The notes: generated from the letters alone by a model not told the origin. Positions 36,609 through 50,477 are shown, counted from the first letter of the stretch. The stretch is 64,000 bases of DNA from Squalus acanthias (GCA_030390025.1 CM059446.1:19096001-19160000), one strand, 5' to 3'. Translations and numbers: made by a program.

Positions 36609-37136
36609 ACTACAGCTAACTGCTAGTTTGTGGATGTTGGATAAGGACAGGAACTGACACAGTTGCGATCTACTGCCCTCACCCCCATAGTACAATAGCC
36701 TGCCACTGTTGAGGCTTACGTAGCACACACGGAACTGTATGCCACTAAGAGCCAGCATCTTCGAGCGAAATAGTGGGAAAGTGCTTAAAAGGTATAATCA
36801 ATACAATGGATGGTTGCTAATGGTGGTTTCGAAATTACTGTGTGACATTTACAGAACTCATCATCAACCTCCTTTTAAAGTTCAAACCACTTTAAAGAAT
36901 TAGCACTAATACCCTACCATCCTTTGTTTTTATCTGTGCATTTTTAAGAACAGCAAGAGCTGACAACACAAGTGTAGGAACTGGCTAGGATTTAGAGCCT
37001 AACACTGTGTGAGCAAGCCTGAATTCACCTGCAGTTTCACCCGAGGCATCCCAGTGAGATGAATGCTTAATGCATGCATACGAAATTCCTTTGTTTGCTA
37101 TTTTAGTCGCGTTCTTTATTCATTTATTTTAAACAA

Positions 37137-37725
37137 TGGCCTGGAGTTTCTGCTAGGGGCGCAATCCGTAGAATGTGCCCAGAATGCGCTGGACACTGAG
37201 CTGGTTTTGCCGGGGTGGAGTTACGCCCAAGTTTCCGCTCACTTATGCCTGAACATAAAATCTCCCATGAATTAGTGCGATCAAGCAGTGTTATCGATCA
37301 TAATCGATTATTGACTGGAACATGGCCAATGGGGCCTGGATGACTGAATTAAGTAAGTGCTGCAGCTGAATAAACAGGCCAATCAAGGATTTCAATTGAC
37401 TGCATGTCCCAGGTCTTGTGTACCAAGGGCAGATCAATTGACTGAATTTGAACGAAGTTAAACTGAATTTAAAGTTAATGCAGCATCAGTATGCAAAACA
37501 GACCTGAGTGCGGCTTCAATTGACTTCTGGTCATTAACGATGGATTAATGTGACTACGGGTGCACGTGCGCCCGAGATTCTGGGCGCAGTGTGATTAACG
37601 CCCCCGATCGGATGCAATTGGCAGAAACTCGCCTTTCCGACCAAGGGTGCGGGCAGTTTTGTGGGCGAGGACTATTCTGGCGACGGGACATTTGAAACAG
37701 TGTAAGAGATTGCGGAAACTCCAGC
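37137..37725. mobile_element. Non-autonomous TIR element
   Basis: Termini ctggagtttc / gaaactccag; three internal tcaattgact repeats. Confidence 0.55.
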
Positions 37726-38212
37726 ATAAAGTGGTTATGAGCGCAACTCACTGGTGCTTAAAATTCCACAATCTTTTGTGCTATTTCATTTCATTCCTTT
37801 CCTTCCAGATTCTGCAGTTATCATGTGGAAACTCCAGGCCTTAATGTTTTCATATGCTAATATTGCACAGTGTGATATCTATCTACTGATGTTAACTTCC
37901 TTCTCACTGTCAATTTCTGAAACTCGATCATGTCAGTTTCATGAATGTCAATCCTGCTCACTGTTTCCAATTAGGTGTGAAAACTGACATCAGTGCCCTT
38001 GAGTGTGGGGGGGGGGGGGGAAGAAAAGTAAACTCAGCTAGAAGTCCTGCTTCTGAACATTTTTCAATAATGTCTGCTGAAAAGGGGAGGGTTGGGTTGA
38101 GTGGCAATACCCTCCATGGTCAATAGCCTGTTGGCATTCATTGTCCAGGCTGGCAAAGAATGGCAAGTTGGGTTAGATACTGTAGAGCTGCCAAAACCAG
38201 TGGAACTATACT

Positions 38213-38653
38213 CAACAACAACAATTGTATTTATATAACGCCTTTAACGTAGTAAAACGTCCCAAGGCGCTGCACAGGAGTATTTTAAGACAAAAAATTT
38301 GACACCGATCCACATAAGGATAAATTAGAGCAGGTGATCAAAAGCTTGGTCAAAGAGGTAGGTTTTAAGGAGCGTCTTAAAGGAGGAAAGAGAGGTAGAG
38401 AGGCGGAGAGGTTTAGGCAGGGAATTCCAGAGCTTAGGGCCTAGGCAACAGAAGGCACGGCCACCAATGGTTGAGCGATTATAATCAGGATGCTCAAGAG
38501 GGCAGAATTAGAGGAGCGCAGATATCTCGGGTGGGGGGGGGGGGGGGGGGGGGAGGGGTTTGTGGGGCTGAAGGAGATTACAGAGATAGGAAGGGATGAG
38601 GCCATGGAGGGATTTGAAAACAAGGATGAGAATTTTGAAATCGAGGCGCTGCT
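38213..38653 (-). mobile_element. L2 LINE 3' end
   Basis: Near-identical to 27871-28312, including a G-run at the same position. Confidence 0.92.
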
Positions 38654-39106
38654 GAGCAGCGTACTCTCAGCATAAGTTAGCTTCGGGAAAGAAAGGGAGG
38701 AAATATGTTTCTGTTTAAAGGTTCCTCCTGGTTAATAAAGTTTAGCGATGGGTTTTCATATCTATTTGGAATAGGGTAGTAGAGATGGTGTTAATGCGCA
38801 CCAAATGAGCTGCATAAAGTATTCAAACATTTCCTGCACTCCCAGCGGGGAAGTAATGCTTGAAGATGGATAAAGCTACAACGTTGTAGCCCCAATTCAC
38901 CAACCCAAATGCCCTGTGAGGATACTCCCATTGGGAGCATGGAATTAACCCTTGTATCACTTTTGAACAAAGTCTCAGGAATGCTCTCGTTAGCTTTTGT
39001 GATAAAGAGCCCTTGTTAATCATGAATTAAACTTGCAAACCCCTTTCAATTCTATTGTGTATAGTCCAGTAAAAATAAGTCACCTTCTTTTTCCCTCTAC
39101 AAACAG

Positions 39107-40016
39107 GTACCTCCCTGGTGCAGCACTTAATGACCGTGTTGATCAGTGAACATGATAGACTGTTCCCCATTAGTCACAGTGACATACTGATCCCACAGTC
39201 TGAAGTGAGACCGATGAGCAAGCGCTGCCTGGTGGAGTGGGTGTCTGAAGAAGAGTGTGAAGAAACGAAGACTGACAATCAAGTGGGCAGCTTCTGCAAC
39301 AGCGCAACCTCCCTGGATGTGAACGTTAGCACCCCCGTGACCGTTTCGAAAAATGCATCACAGGAGCGAGCCGACAAACCGGTTCCCAGCAACATCAGCC
39401 CAAGCAGAAGACTGCAGACACTCCCCGGGTGGAAATACTCATTTAAACAGACTGGAGGAAGGGCTAGCAATGTCAAACTAGGTGGCTCCACTTTAGATAT
39501 TCCACATTTAACAGCCAGTGGGAATTGGCTGATGAACGGCTTGTCTTCACTCCGAGGACACAGAAGGACTTCATCCGGGGACAGGGTCAAAGAAACAGGG
39601 TCATCCCGCCTGTCCACTTATGACAATGTCCCATCATCCAGTCTTTCCTTGAGCGTTGGGGACAGGCAGAGCATTGCTAGTACCACGTGGTCAACTTCAT
39701 CCTGTGAGATTTCAGTGGTTGACTCTAGTAGTTCCGCCGTTTGCCACGAGAGTGACTCTTCGGTGCTCAACTGCACGAAAGTGGACTGGCCGGTGCAGAT
39801 CACCCAGCCACAGGGTGAGCCGCAGAGGGCCGAGAATGGCAATAGGATTGAGCAGTTTGATGTGTGCATCAGTAGCATGAGCTGTAGCGAGAACAGCGAC
39901 TTGGTTACTGCATCGAATGACTCTGCCACATGTTCGAAAGCACTTCAGAGTCTGGTCACAGAGCTCAAGTCAGAACTGACCAAACAAAGGGCAGAGTACG
40001 AAACCAGGATTAAAAG
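39107..40016 (+). CDS. ARHGAP22: ARHGAP22 large exon (end of GAP domain, Ser-rich linker, start of coiled coil)
   Basis: Acceptor ctctacaaacag|GT, donor AG|gtgata. Begins (G)TSLVQHLMTVLI and contains GNWLMNGLSSLRGHRRTSSGDR and RLSTYDNVP, which I recognise as ARHGAP22 rather than ARHGAP24/25. 910 nt. Confidence 0.93.
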
Positions 40017-41050
40017 GTGATAACAAGCCCCGTAACTCTCGCGTTACAGGCATAACTGCTTTGCGAGAAACCAGGTTAGAGTTCAGCATCAGAATTAGGC
40101 GTAAGTGGAACTGCGCAGGAACCAATTTAGTTAAAAATGTGACCTTGCATTTCAAGGAATTGTTTAATTAGGATGCACAAAATCGAAACGTGCTCCAGGC
40201 TATGGCAAAATGGTTTGGTATAAAATCATTTGCCTGCACATTTGAAACCACATGCACTGTTGCCAAAAAACATATCCATCTGGTGTGATTCCAATGTGGG
40301 TTTTCTCATCCCTAATTGGAATTACACAATGTGTAATGGAACAAACTTACTGACGGGTGTGGGGTGGGGGGTTCCAGACTGGTCCTTCCAGTGACGGTAC
40401 CACGGCTTTGTATGGGTCAATAATGTATATAGATTATATTGCAACGGTGGGTTTATTTATTATTTTCTTAACACTTGGCTAACTGCAGCAGCCCTGTGCT
40501 CAGAACAAATGCAATGCTTAAGCGATAATGTGTGCATGTGCTGTACCAGGGGAAACGGGGAGGGAAGGAAGGCCTCCATGCCCAGTCCTGCACTGGATCT
40601 GCCTAACCTCAGTTCCTCATTAGAGAGCAGAGACCTTGCACTGCTGTTTCAATCACACAGTATCTTTAAAGATGTCTTCTCCGATAATTTTATTTAAAAA
40701 TATTTGAAACCTTAATATTGATGACCATTTTAAATGAGTGCAGCATTCACCCAATCAGAACTCTGCTCTTCATGAATAGATTATGCTGTGCATGGTTTCT
40801 GAAAGTGAAGGTAGATTGTGGATTTAGCATTTAAAAACTGCAGCATGAACCTAAACTTATCACCTATTCTTATTCCTACCCTCCCCATGAGTTCCTGTCG
40901 TCACCTCCAGACTAAACTGCTCAAACATACTCCTTCCAGGCCTCCCTAGTTCCACCTTTCACAATTGCAATTTGCCGAAATCTCCACTGTCCATATCCTA
41001 CCCCACACCACAACCTGCTCCCCAGAAACCCTATCCTTACCCACCTTCAA

Positions 41051-41632
41051 TAAGAACATAAGAAATAGGAGCAGGAGTAGGCCATTCGGCCCCTCGAGCC
41101 TGCTCCGCCATTCAATAAGATCTTGGCTGATCTGATCTCGGCCTCAACTGCACTTCCCTGCCCGCTCCCCATACCCCTTGACTCCCCTGTAGCTCAAATG
41201 TCTGTCTATCTCAGCCTTAATATATTCAATGACTCCGCCGCCACAGCTCCCTGGGGTAGAGAATTCCAAAGATTCACGACCCTCAGAGAAGAAATTCCTC
41301 CTCCATCTCCGTTTTAAATGGGCGACCCCTTATTCTGAAACTGTGCCCCCTAGTTCTGGATTCCCCCACGAGGGGAAACATCCTCTCTGCATCGACCCTG
41401 TCAAGCCCCCTCAGAATCTTATATGTTTCAATAAGATCCCCTCTCATTCTTCTAAACTCCAATGAGTATAGGCACAACCTGCTCAACCTTTCTTCATAAG
41501 ACAACACTTTCATCTCCGGAATCAACCTAGTGAACCTTCTCTGAACTGCCTCCAATGCAATTATATCCTTCCTTAAATAAGGAGACCAAAACTGTACGCA
41601 GTACTCCAGGTGTGGTCTCACCAACACCCTGT
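41051..41632 (-). mobile_element. CR1 LINE 3' fragment
   Basis: Minus-strand ORF LVRPHLEYCVQFWSPYLRKDIIALEAVQRRFTRLIP...; (aagaacat)n tail. Confidence 0.93.
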
Positions 41633-42539
41633 GAGACCACAGCTAGAGTAATACTGTCCCATCCCCCAATACATCAGTTTCAAAATCCTGGTTTAAAAAT
41701 TGGCTGAAGAGGTTTCACCTAGGATCTAGCAAGGCTTCCTCATAGCGGGTTTCATGTACATTTGCCTCGGTGAGTGTCACTAATCCAGACAAACAAAACA
41801 CGGGCAGCATCTTCGACCAATTTAACAGGCAGGTGTTATCAGGCATTTCTACTTTGCAACCAGACCACTTTCTGTTGTCAAGCATTCAGAACGCACGGTT
41901 CCAGCTTGTTGATAGAGCAGCTTGTTTAGTGATAGCAAACAAAGCAGCTGAGCGATTGATCAGCCAAGGTGCTCGGAGCAATCTAAACAGCAGGATCTTC
42001 AAATAAGTGTGTTTCTCGGAAGAGCGCAGTGTTAAATTTTCGTGGACTCGAGTTAGTTGCAGTCGCGTCTGTTTCATGGGCAGCTGTTAAAGGCTGTCTT
42101 AATTAAGTTTCTTTGTGGTTGGTACAGTGAGGGAGTGTTTATACTGTAACTTCAGCACCGTAGCTAAGGAGACACTAAGGTGGCAGTATAACAGCAAAGG
42201 CAGATCGGCCAGCTAATTCCATAGTGCATTAAGTGAAACCCCTAACTGCACACCGGATATGGAAATTGCTTGATGCAGTATAACTCTGGTTTTGGAAGTT
42301 GGGTGCCCACAACATTGATCCAATGCTGAAGCAAGGACCCAGTGGGGACATCCAAGTCTGGAGTATAGTGGGCATGCCAGTCCATCTCCACTAAATATGC
42401 AAATTACTCCCACATCCCGAGAAGAAATAAGAGGGTTGTGCGTCATTTTATTCACACAAAATATGTACTGATGCTATTTGGCCCAAGTCATTCAAAGGAT
42501 GGCATCTCTGACAGTGCAGCACTCCCTCAGTAGTACGAT

Positions 42540-42772
42540 AGCAAAATACTGCGGATGCTGGAAATCCGAAATAACAACAGAAAACGCTGGAAAACTCAGC
42601 AGGCCAGGCAGCATCCGTGGAGAGAGAAACAGAGTTAACGTTTCAGGTCGAAGACCTTTCGTCAGAACTGGAAAAAAGCAGGAAATGAAATAGATTTAAA
42701 GCAAGTATAATGCTGGGAAAAGGGGGAGGGGATGAAAGAACAAAAGGGAAGGTCAGTGGTGGTATAGAAGGC
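42540..42772 (-). mobile_element. Penelope-like 3' fragment (family B) nested in a DeuSINE head; hammerhead motif at 42633-42669
   Basis: Minus strand reads AGUU-CUGACGA-A-AGGUC(uuc)GACCU-GAA-ACGU-U-AACU. SINE head sequence flanks it (42495-42536 and 42775-42840). Confidence 0.8.
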
Positions 42773-45700
42773 AGTAGTGTCAGATTAGATTATGGCTCAA
42801 GTCTCTGGCGTGGGGCTTGAACACACAACCTTCTGACTCCAAGCATAAATCTGTTTCTACAAAGCTATAATAAAACACACAGTGGTACATATCCTAAAGG
42901 ACAACCTCCTTTCCCCAGGTTACACATTTTACTGCATTTATCGGTCCCGTTGCACAGTCGCTTTCTGCATGACTTGTCATATTTATACAACAAACTGCAG
43001 CAAAGTCAAAGCAAAAATCTTGAACTAAATGTTGATTATTGCATTCCTATTTAAAGGAAGTTAGCAAAATTAGACGGTGGAAAAAGCAAATACTTAACTG
43101 TAAATTACTAAAAAGGGGAATTGGGTCATTCATGTAGTCTATACTGACCGTCCTATAGAAGCTGCTCTGTAAACAGCAATGTAATGAAAGCTTAGTCAAC
43201 AGGAATTTCTTGCTTGCAACCAAACAAAAACACTTATGCCACACTTTACTTGCATTGTTGTAACTCAAGGTTTTGGAATTGAGGGATCTATAACGGGTCA
43301 TGGTGGCAGAAGTTACTTGGGGAAACGCTTGCTGCCCAGTCACAATCTCATGGGGGGGGCCATGACTATCAGATTGAGAGAAGCATGGACTGTACTTACT
43401 GAGATGAGCAATAGAAACACTGAGAGTTGACTGCTTTTTGATACACTTTTGAAATTAATTTGCCATATTTCTCTGCAAATCCTGCCTTTTGCCCTTTTTG
43501 AACATTGGGAAATGAATGGAATGGAGCATAGAACCATAGAAGTCTACAGCACACAAGGAGGCCATTCAGTCCTTTGTGTCTGTGCTATCTCTTTGCTACA
43601 ACAGTCAAAAACTAATCAAACTGTCCTCCATTCTCCCTATGGCCCCTGTATCTTGCCCAACTTCAAATGTTTACCTGCTTTTTTTCCTTAAAACACAAAT
43701 GGTCTCTTGCCATCTTTTGTTGTCAGGCAAAACTGTTGCCCCACCACACCTCTTTTATAAAAGGGCTTATAATGTACTTAATGTATCATTCCCATCATTC
43801 TCTAATTTGGAGTCTTGCTTAATGGCTCATTGAGTTTATCGAGTCACGGGCACACTGGCCAGGAATGCCCCAGGTTCAATCCTCGGACTGCGCCAAGTAA
43901 GCTGATCTCAGTTCAAGATGGCAACGGGGGTGCTAAAATTGGCCTTGGATGTCCCGGAGTTGGGGAGGGGAAAGTCAGCTAGGGTCCCCCACACCTAATT
44001 GTTAGCCAATAATCCCTGCTCAAAGTAAAAGTGTGTGGATGTCAGGTGAAGACTGGGTTTTCTTGGGTGGGCCATGGGGTCCCTCAAAATTCAGATCAAA
44101 AGTTTAAAAGAAAAGTGATTTTCTTTGGCTGGATGACTGTTCCCTATTCAACTGCGTTTAATATCTAGAATTGACCAAAAGAAGCAAAGATTGTTTCTGC
44201 CTGAACATGTATCAGCTAGGTCTACGTAGACCAAGGTCATTTTCCCAGTATGCGAAGTTCTCGCTATTTTAATTATCAGAGTGCAGGCAACCAGCTGTCC
44301 TCTCCCACCTCTATGAACAACGTTTGTCTCTGTCAGAACTGTGCACGTTATCAGGGACTGAAGGCAAAAACCTTAACGTTCTGCCAATTGAGGCTCATTG
44401 CTTTATGTGTCCAACATTAGTGAAGGCTAAAGGCAGTTTTCTTAAAAGAAGTCTATCACATCTTTTGATTTCTTGTTATTTCTCTCCCACCCTGCTTCAG
44501 CTCAGAGTGCAGACCAATGGGTCTTTTGTTAGTGATTCTCTTCCCCTACGTCCTTCATGACTACCATTGCCAGTACCTTACTGAGGTAAATAGACACGAG
44601 TCATGATCAGTGGGATACAAGAGGGTCAATGTCCGCTTTCCTACGGAAGGTCCATTTCCATGAGTAGCCCCATCTAGTGGTGCCAAGGCATCAGCTGCTT
44701 CATTTTTTATATTTTTCACAAAATTCTATTTCCCATGTGTTTCTTTTTGCAGTACCTTGAAGCACCTGGCCTGCATTCTTCAGTATTACCTTTGATTGAC
44801 CATTTTGATTTATTCACAATTTGCTTTTAGTTCTGCTTCACCTAGTGATGTAAATGTGGTTTCCTACTTTAAAAATCCAGTGATAACTTGTTACGTCTCT
44901 GGTTGCAAAACTGCTGGGGACAAAGGTTGATCCAATCAGATGGTCCAATTCAGATGGAATGAAGCCAAATTTGAATCTAAACTTTTAAGAACAATTAAAA
45001 TTGAAACCTCAATCCTAAAAGCTCAGCCCTGCAAGATATATGATCTGTCAGAATGCTTATCTAATCAGGGGATTGTTTTATTGCGAGACTGATTGAAGGG
45101 CCAAGGTCCGTAATGCAGGACACCACCAAGACTGGAAAAGAGCAGATGAGGTAAATCAGGAAATGGTGTTCAGGTGACACGTTTGTGTTTTAAAAGCTTG
45201 AAGGGTTTAGAAAAAGGAAAGAATGAAGGTGGTATGAAGCTGGCTGAGAAAGTTCAAAATAATTTTAAGGAGGCGATTGAGGGAACTGATGGGTGAGGGG
45301 GAAAGACTGTGGCAAACACTTTGGTATCTTCTCAATTATGTAGAGGAAAATAAGTAATCTATTAAGAATTGCAAATATGCACACTTCCTGTAAGTGTTCT
45401 ATTTTGTTATAAAATGCTGTTTTTTTGACTCGCCATAGGCAACGCCATATCTGCTAGTGTTTACACTATAGTGTGTGTGTGTGTATATACATAGAGATAC
45501 TAACTAAGGCAATTCATAATCTTAGTACTTTTACAAAATTGATACAGATTTGGTTCTTTACTTTTCTTAAGTCAAAGTTTTGACTTTGACAGATGTTCAA
45601 TTTAGTATCCACCTCTACCTCAGCCCATCCACTAAATCCTCCCAACAGTGAAGCGCCTTGGGGCATTTTACCACGTTAAAGGCGTTATATAAATGCAAGT

Positions 45701-46716
45701 TGATGTTGTTGCTCTTCTTGCCAGCCTCCTATCCACTACCCTCCAGAAACTTTGGTTCATCCAAAACTCTGCTGCTCTTGATCCTATCCCGCATGAACTC
45801 TTGGTTCCTATGATTCCAGCCACTTGTGCATCCTCTCTCCCTCCCTTCGCCCAGCCATTGACAGGTGTTTCTTCAGCCACCTAGGTCCAACTCTCTGGAA
45901 ACCCTTCCCAAAGCCAATCCACCGCCCTCTCTTCCTCAAAACTCACCCCATTGACCAAAGGCTTGGCCATCCTTTCTAATCTTTCCTTTGGCTCTGCATT
46001 TATTTCGCCCTACACCCGGTGAGGTACCTTTTGGACATTTTTTGTGTTAAAGGTGCTTATATGAATGCAAGTTATTGTTTTTGGGGGAATGGGTAGATAA
46101 GGAGAGACAGTTGTATGTTGGCCTTTGGTAGCCTGAATCAGTGAGATAAATGCACTGTAATACCAGCCAAAGGTTTCAGACTTTGGTTCCCATTCAAATA
46201 TACAAGGTGAGTTATGCTGGACTGTTAGTGTTGTTGTTCTGCAGAGTGGGGCTTTATCTCTTTGGGGTGGGGGGGGTGGAGAAAGAGAACATCAGATCAG
46301 ATTTATTTTGCCCTATAGTGCACACAAACCCCAAGGTTGGCAATCGAAGAGTTGGCGTGGGCTGTGAAAAGTCAAAGTAGCCTGGACAAAATTTAAGAAA
46401 TTGGTAGTTAAAAATGAGAACATGATTTCAGCAACAGATAATGTAAATTTAATTATACATGTAGGGTTAAGAGCTTTCAGTAAAAAGATCAAAGATCCTG
46501 TTTAAAGATGGTACAGATTCCCCATCTGTCCTCATCTCAGTGCTTTACAGGGTCAAAGTGTGAGGCCTATTCTCCAATCACCGATCAGAATTTTCTTAAT
46601 TCTCTCCAATGTGGTAACATTGCTGAAATGCTGCTTGACACACATTAGGTTACAGTAACCAAAAGACTGATGAGAAAGTAGGAGAGAAGCCAAGTTAATT
46701 GTATCCCTTTCCTCAG

Positions 46717-46942
46717 GCTTGAAGAGTCTAGCACAGAGCTGCGATTGCAAGTGAACAGACTGGAAGAAGAGTTGGACCAAGGGAAAAAGAAATACGCCAT
46801 GCTTGAAATAAAAATGCGAAACACAGAACGGGCACGCGAAGATGCAGAGAAGAGAAACCAACTTCTGCAGAAGGAGATGGAGGACTTCTTTGCCACATTA
46901 GGAGACTTGACACTGGAAGCCAGGGAAACCAAAACCAAATAG
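46717..46942 (+). CDS. ARHGAP22: ARHGAP22 last coding exon (coiled coil, stop TAG)
   Basis: Acceptor ccctttcctcag|[75 protein letters not shown]. The six exons total 1673 nt; with 1 nt from the upstream exon this is 558 codons including the stop. Confidence 0.94.
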
Positions 46943-49900
46943 CAAAATCTGCTTTCCGTTCTTAAAACTGCAACATGCAAGACCATGAAGACACGTTTAC
47001 ATACTTCATTGACATTTTATAAGAAGTGTATGCATTTATTTTTAATGTTATGAATTAATGTGGTATGAGTATTAATAGACAATTCCATTTTGTACTACCT
47101 GCGTTTCGTTGTTGTTGAAAAGTCTCTTGTAGCTCCCACAGGCTGTTTACACATTGATCTTCCAAAGAAAAACTTTGGGAATTGCTTTGTTTTGTCTTCT
47201 GGTTTATCTTCACTCCAAAGCGTTCCGCACACTCTGCTTCTCCTACTTGAGAAGCAACAGTGCAGCGTGTGATGGGGTGAGGCCCATCTCCTCTCTGCTC
47301 CAACAGTCTTGGCATTGTGATCTATTGGGTGGGCTTGAAATGACTCATGCGTCTATGATATTTACGCACCAGAAGATCAGACTGGGGAAGGTTGAATGCA
47401 AGGCTAATTTTTTTAATGCCTATGTCAGTCAGTACTTCACCTCACACACCATTTCAGAGCCAAATTGTCCATTTTAAAAAATATATAATTGAGGTTTTTT
47501 AAAAAAATATTACAGGTACCAGTTTAAGACCTGCTGGACTAACAGTGCCAGCAAACCGGAGTTATACTGCCAGTTCCAGGTCACACCCTGGCCAGAGATA
47601 GTGAAACTTGAGTGTATGTATGCATATATGCAAAAACCTCCATTTACTGCCACCTGAATGCCAAGTTGAAGTGGCTGTTAGCAGCTCTTCGTTGGCAATA
47701 CAAAATTAATTTTTTTTTTTTAAAGTGCTGAAGCTGTCCAGTGGACTGTATGGGAATTTTGTTAGATACATTTTGCACAAGTTATACTGTGTAGCAGGTG
47801 TTAAGCCATCCTCGGTTCCGAGGGACTGCCTAAGAGAAGAGAGAGCAGGTGTGCACCCAAAACTGTGCAAGACTGCCTCCTGGAGGTGCTGCCTCACCAC
47901 TTCAACTACATTTGATTCTGGTGAGATTGCGACTGAATTACAGTTTGCATCAATAAGAAGCTGACTCCCTTGCTTGACATGGTCACGAACTGTCTAGTAA
48001 GACTGGCCTGTATGAGAAACCTGGAGATTTAGCAGTCTGTAGATGCCGAGGCAAAAATTTGGAGGAAGGACAGCAATGAGAAGACGTGTAGAATGGGGGT
48101 AAGAACTATCCTCAGTAAATCACCAGGATGCCTCTGTGAAATGATGCATGAATTCAAAGTTGCAATGATGCACAATTAAGGGACACTCCTCTCAAATTGG
48201 CCCACCTTTTTTCCCCCTCTCGGATTTGTTTACACAGAGTAATCTTGCTGGGTTTGTGCCTCCCTCCCCTAATCAGAGCTGCAGGTATGTCAGTGCAAAT
48301 CGGCAGCTTATCAAAACAAATCCAGGTTATGCAGTTAGGAATGAGCTGATTCTCTTCAAGCCACGTAGAAATTGAAAATAAAAGAAATGTGGGATTTTGG
48401 AACCAAAGCAAAAAATAATTCGCAGATTAATATTCCCCATCACTGTTGGGCATTGAAAATTCAATCTTTAATGATTGCTTGTTAATTTAACATTTTCAGG
48501 CTGTACAGAGGTGAAAAGCACAAGATAACTGTTGATGTTTTGTAATGAGGACCATCATCTGTCAAGTTCCCCCGTCCCCTTTATCTGACCCACCAAACTG
48601 GCTGGATCTAAGCAAATTGAATGATCGCACCATCACAGACTGCAGATCTGAAGGGATGGGGCATAAGTCTGTATTTATACTATCAATTGCAAACTGGAGC
48701 ACAACAAATTGGTGGCATCCCATTTGTAAATGACAATGCAGATAATGTAAAGTGAAAGAATACTTAACTGAACCCCCGAGTCTAGTACGGGTGTGGGGTC
48801 ACTGGTCAATGCCGGTGCACCCAGCTTTGGTGATCATTGTCCGAGACACACTGTGGAGTAGCTCAGCTTACAAAGGAAGGACATTAATTAACTTATGCTA
48901 AACTAGGGTTGCCATTACTTTCTCCTGGGTAGGTTGCGGGATTGTGTGTTCAAAATATAAACTAAAACCTATTTAGAATTAAAGTTACTTCGACATGGAC
49001 AGATGTTTTAACATGCCCTGTGCTGGCCCATTGGCTGTCTTTTTGATCTCTCCAGATGCAGCGACTCTTCCCTAAAGTGCAATCCTTTAACTGACGTGTT
49101 GATCTGAGCCCCAATCCTCACACCTTTCACCCCATTCTAAATATTTAACTCTTGTCACTCAACGATTAGATTTTTTAAAAAACGGATTTCACTGCCTGCC
49201 CCTGTACGGAAAGCACTTCACTACCACTCCACAGGACTCCCCGGCAGAATCAAAGTGCTTCAGATCGTGAGCTTACATCAGTATGGTCATCGGACAGAAT
49301 ACATCTATGCCACGATTTCTTTTATTTCATGGCAGTCTTAGTTTTACTGTTTGCAACAAAGTTTCACATCAGTGAAAGCAAACCATATGTCAATCACTGA
49401 AAGATCAGCCAGAGTTTTAGACCCCAGCTCCTCAGTGGCCATAGAACGTGGCATCAGGTAGACTATCCACCTCTTCACTCAGGAGAAAATGCCCTTTGAC
49501 TCATTCCCGCTTGCATAACCTGCGTGCTCCAAGTCACTTGCACCATAGTGATATGGTGAGGCTGTATATTCTTATTAATTACCCTGATGATTAATGGATC
49601 AGTACAGTTACAATAAAACAAGACTCCACAAATGGATTGAGGTCACGCCACTGCTATTCAACAACCATGTCAAGATAGTTTATTTATTGTTGCAGTCCCT
49701 AACTTATTTACAGGAATGAAATATGTTGGGAGGTGCAGATGTGAGTGGATTAAAGTGCCTGTTATTCTGTACATGTGAGGTCTCAATTTTATAAAGATGT
49801 CTCACGCGCTGTCAATTAAACAAAATCAAGTCCTCACCTACAGTCTTAAGTGAACTTTCAGGCCAATCTGCTGCTCGGGAAAGGACGGGGGCAGGCAGGG

Positions 49901-50477
49901 ATGTGTTTTAAAGGTACGTATTGTAAAGTGAGATTTTGTTTCTGACAATACAGTTGTACAAATGTTTGGACTAACTTACCAAGAAATTTTTTAATCTATG
50001 AGGATGTCAGAATCTTTGGTTAAGGGAAAAGGAATGGAAATGGAATATGGGAACGGAAATAGAATACTAGAAGTCTTCTTGGATATCGAATAGGTTCACG
50101 AGGACTTGAGTTTGTTTATTCCAGTATTTGGTGGAAAATCCACTGCACCTTGTTATGTTCCACAAGGTTTCCCTCTCTCGCTCAGTTTGCATGTAGCTGC
50201 ATCATTGTAATGTAGTAAGATACCAGACACCCCACAGCCTTACCATCAATTGCAAATGGTGAAAAAAAATCCACCAATAGCAGTGTGTTCCCTATATTGT
50301 AGATCGGTAACTTGCAGTGTTCACTGTCCCAACAAGACCTTCTGAAAACCAACCGTAGCAAATTTCAACAACTGTATAACTCTACATTTACTGTTAGAGA
50401 GATTAACTCTTACTTTATTTTGTCTTGCTTCCCTTCACCTCCTCTCACACAGACCATCACTCATGTGGCTATCCTTT

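Noticed and set aside
38531-38558. G-runs as functional G-quadruplexes (also 28190-28218, 63878-63893)
   Set aside because: Two lie at the same position in L2 copies, and homopolymer lengths are unreliable; there is no evidence of function.
39279-39929. Antisense ORFs over the large exon
   Set aside because: Shadow ORFs of the real coding strand, with no independent support.
40014-40020. TGA at 40018 as the gene's stop codon
   Set aside because: It lies inside the donor AG|gtgata, and the frame continues correctly into the 46717 exon.
23485-46942. Assignment as ARHGAP24 or ARHGAP25
   Set aside because: GTSLVQHLMTVLI, GLFRMPG and NWLMNGLSSLRGHRR fit ARHGAP22 better.
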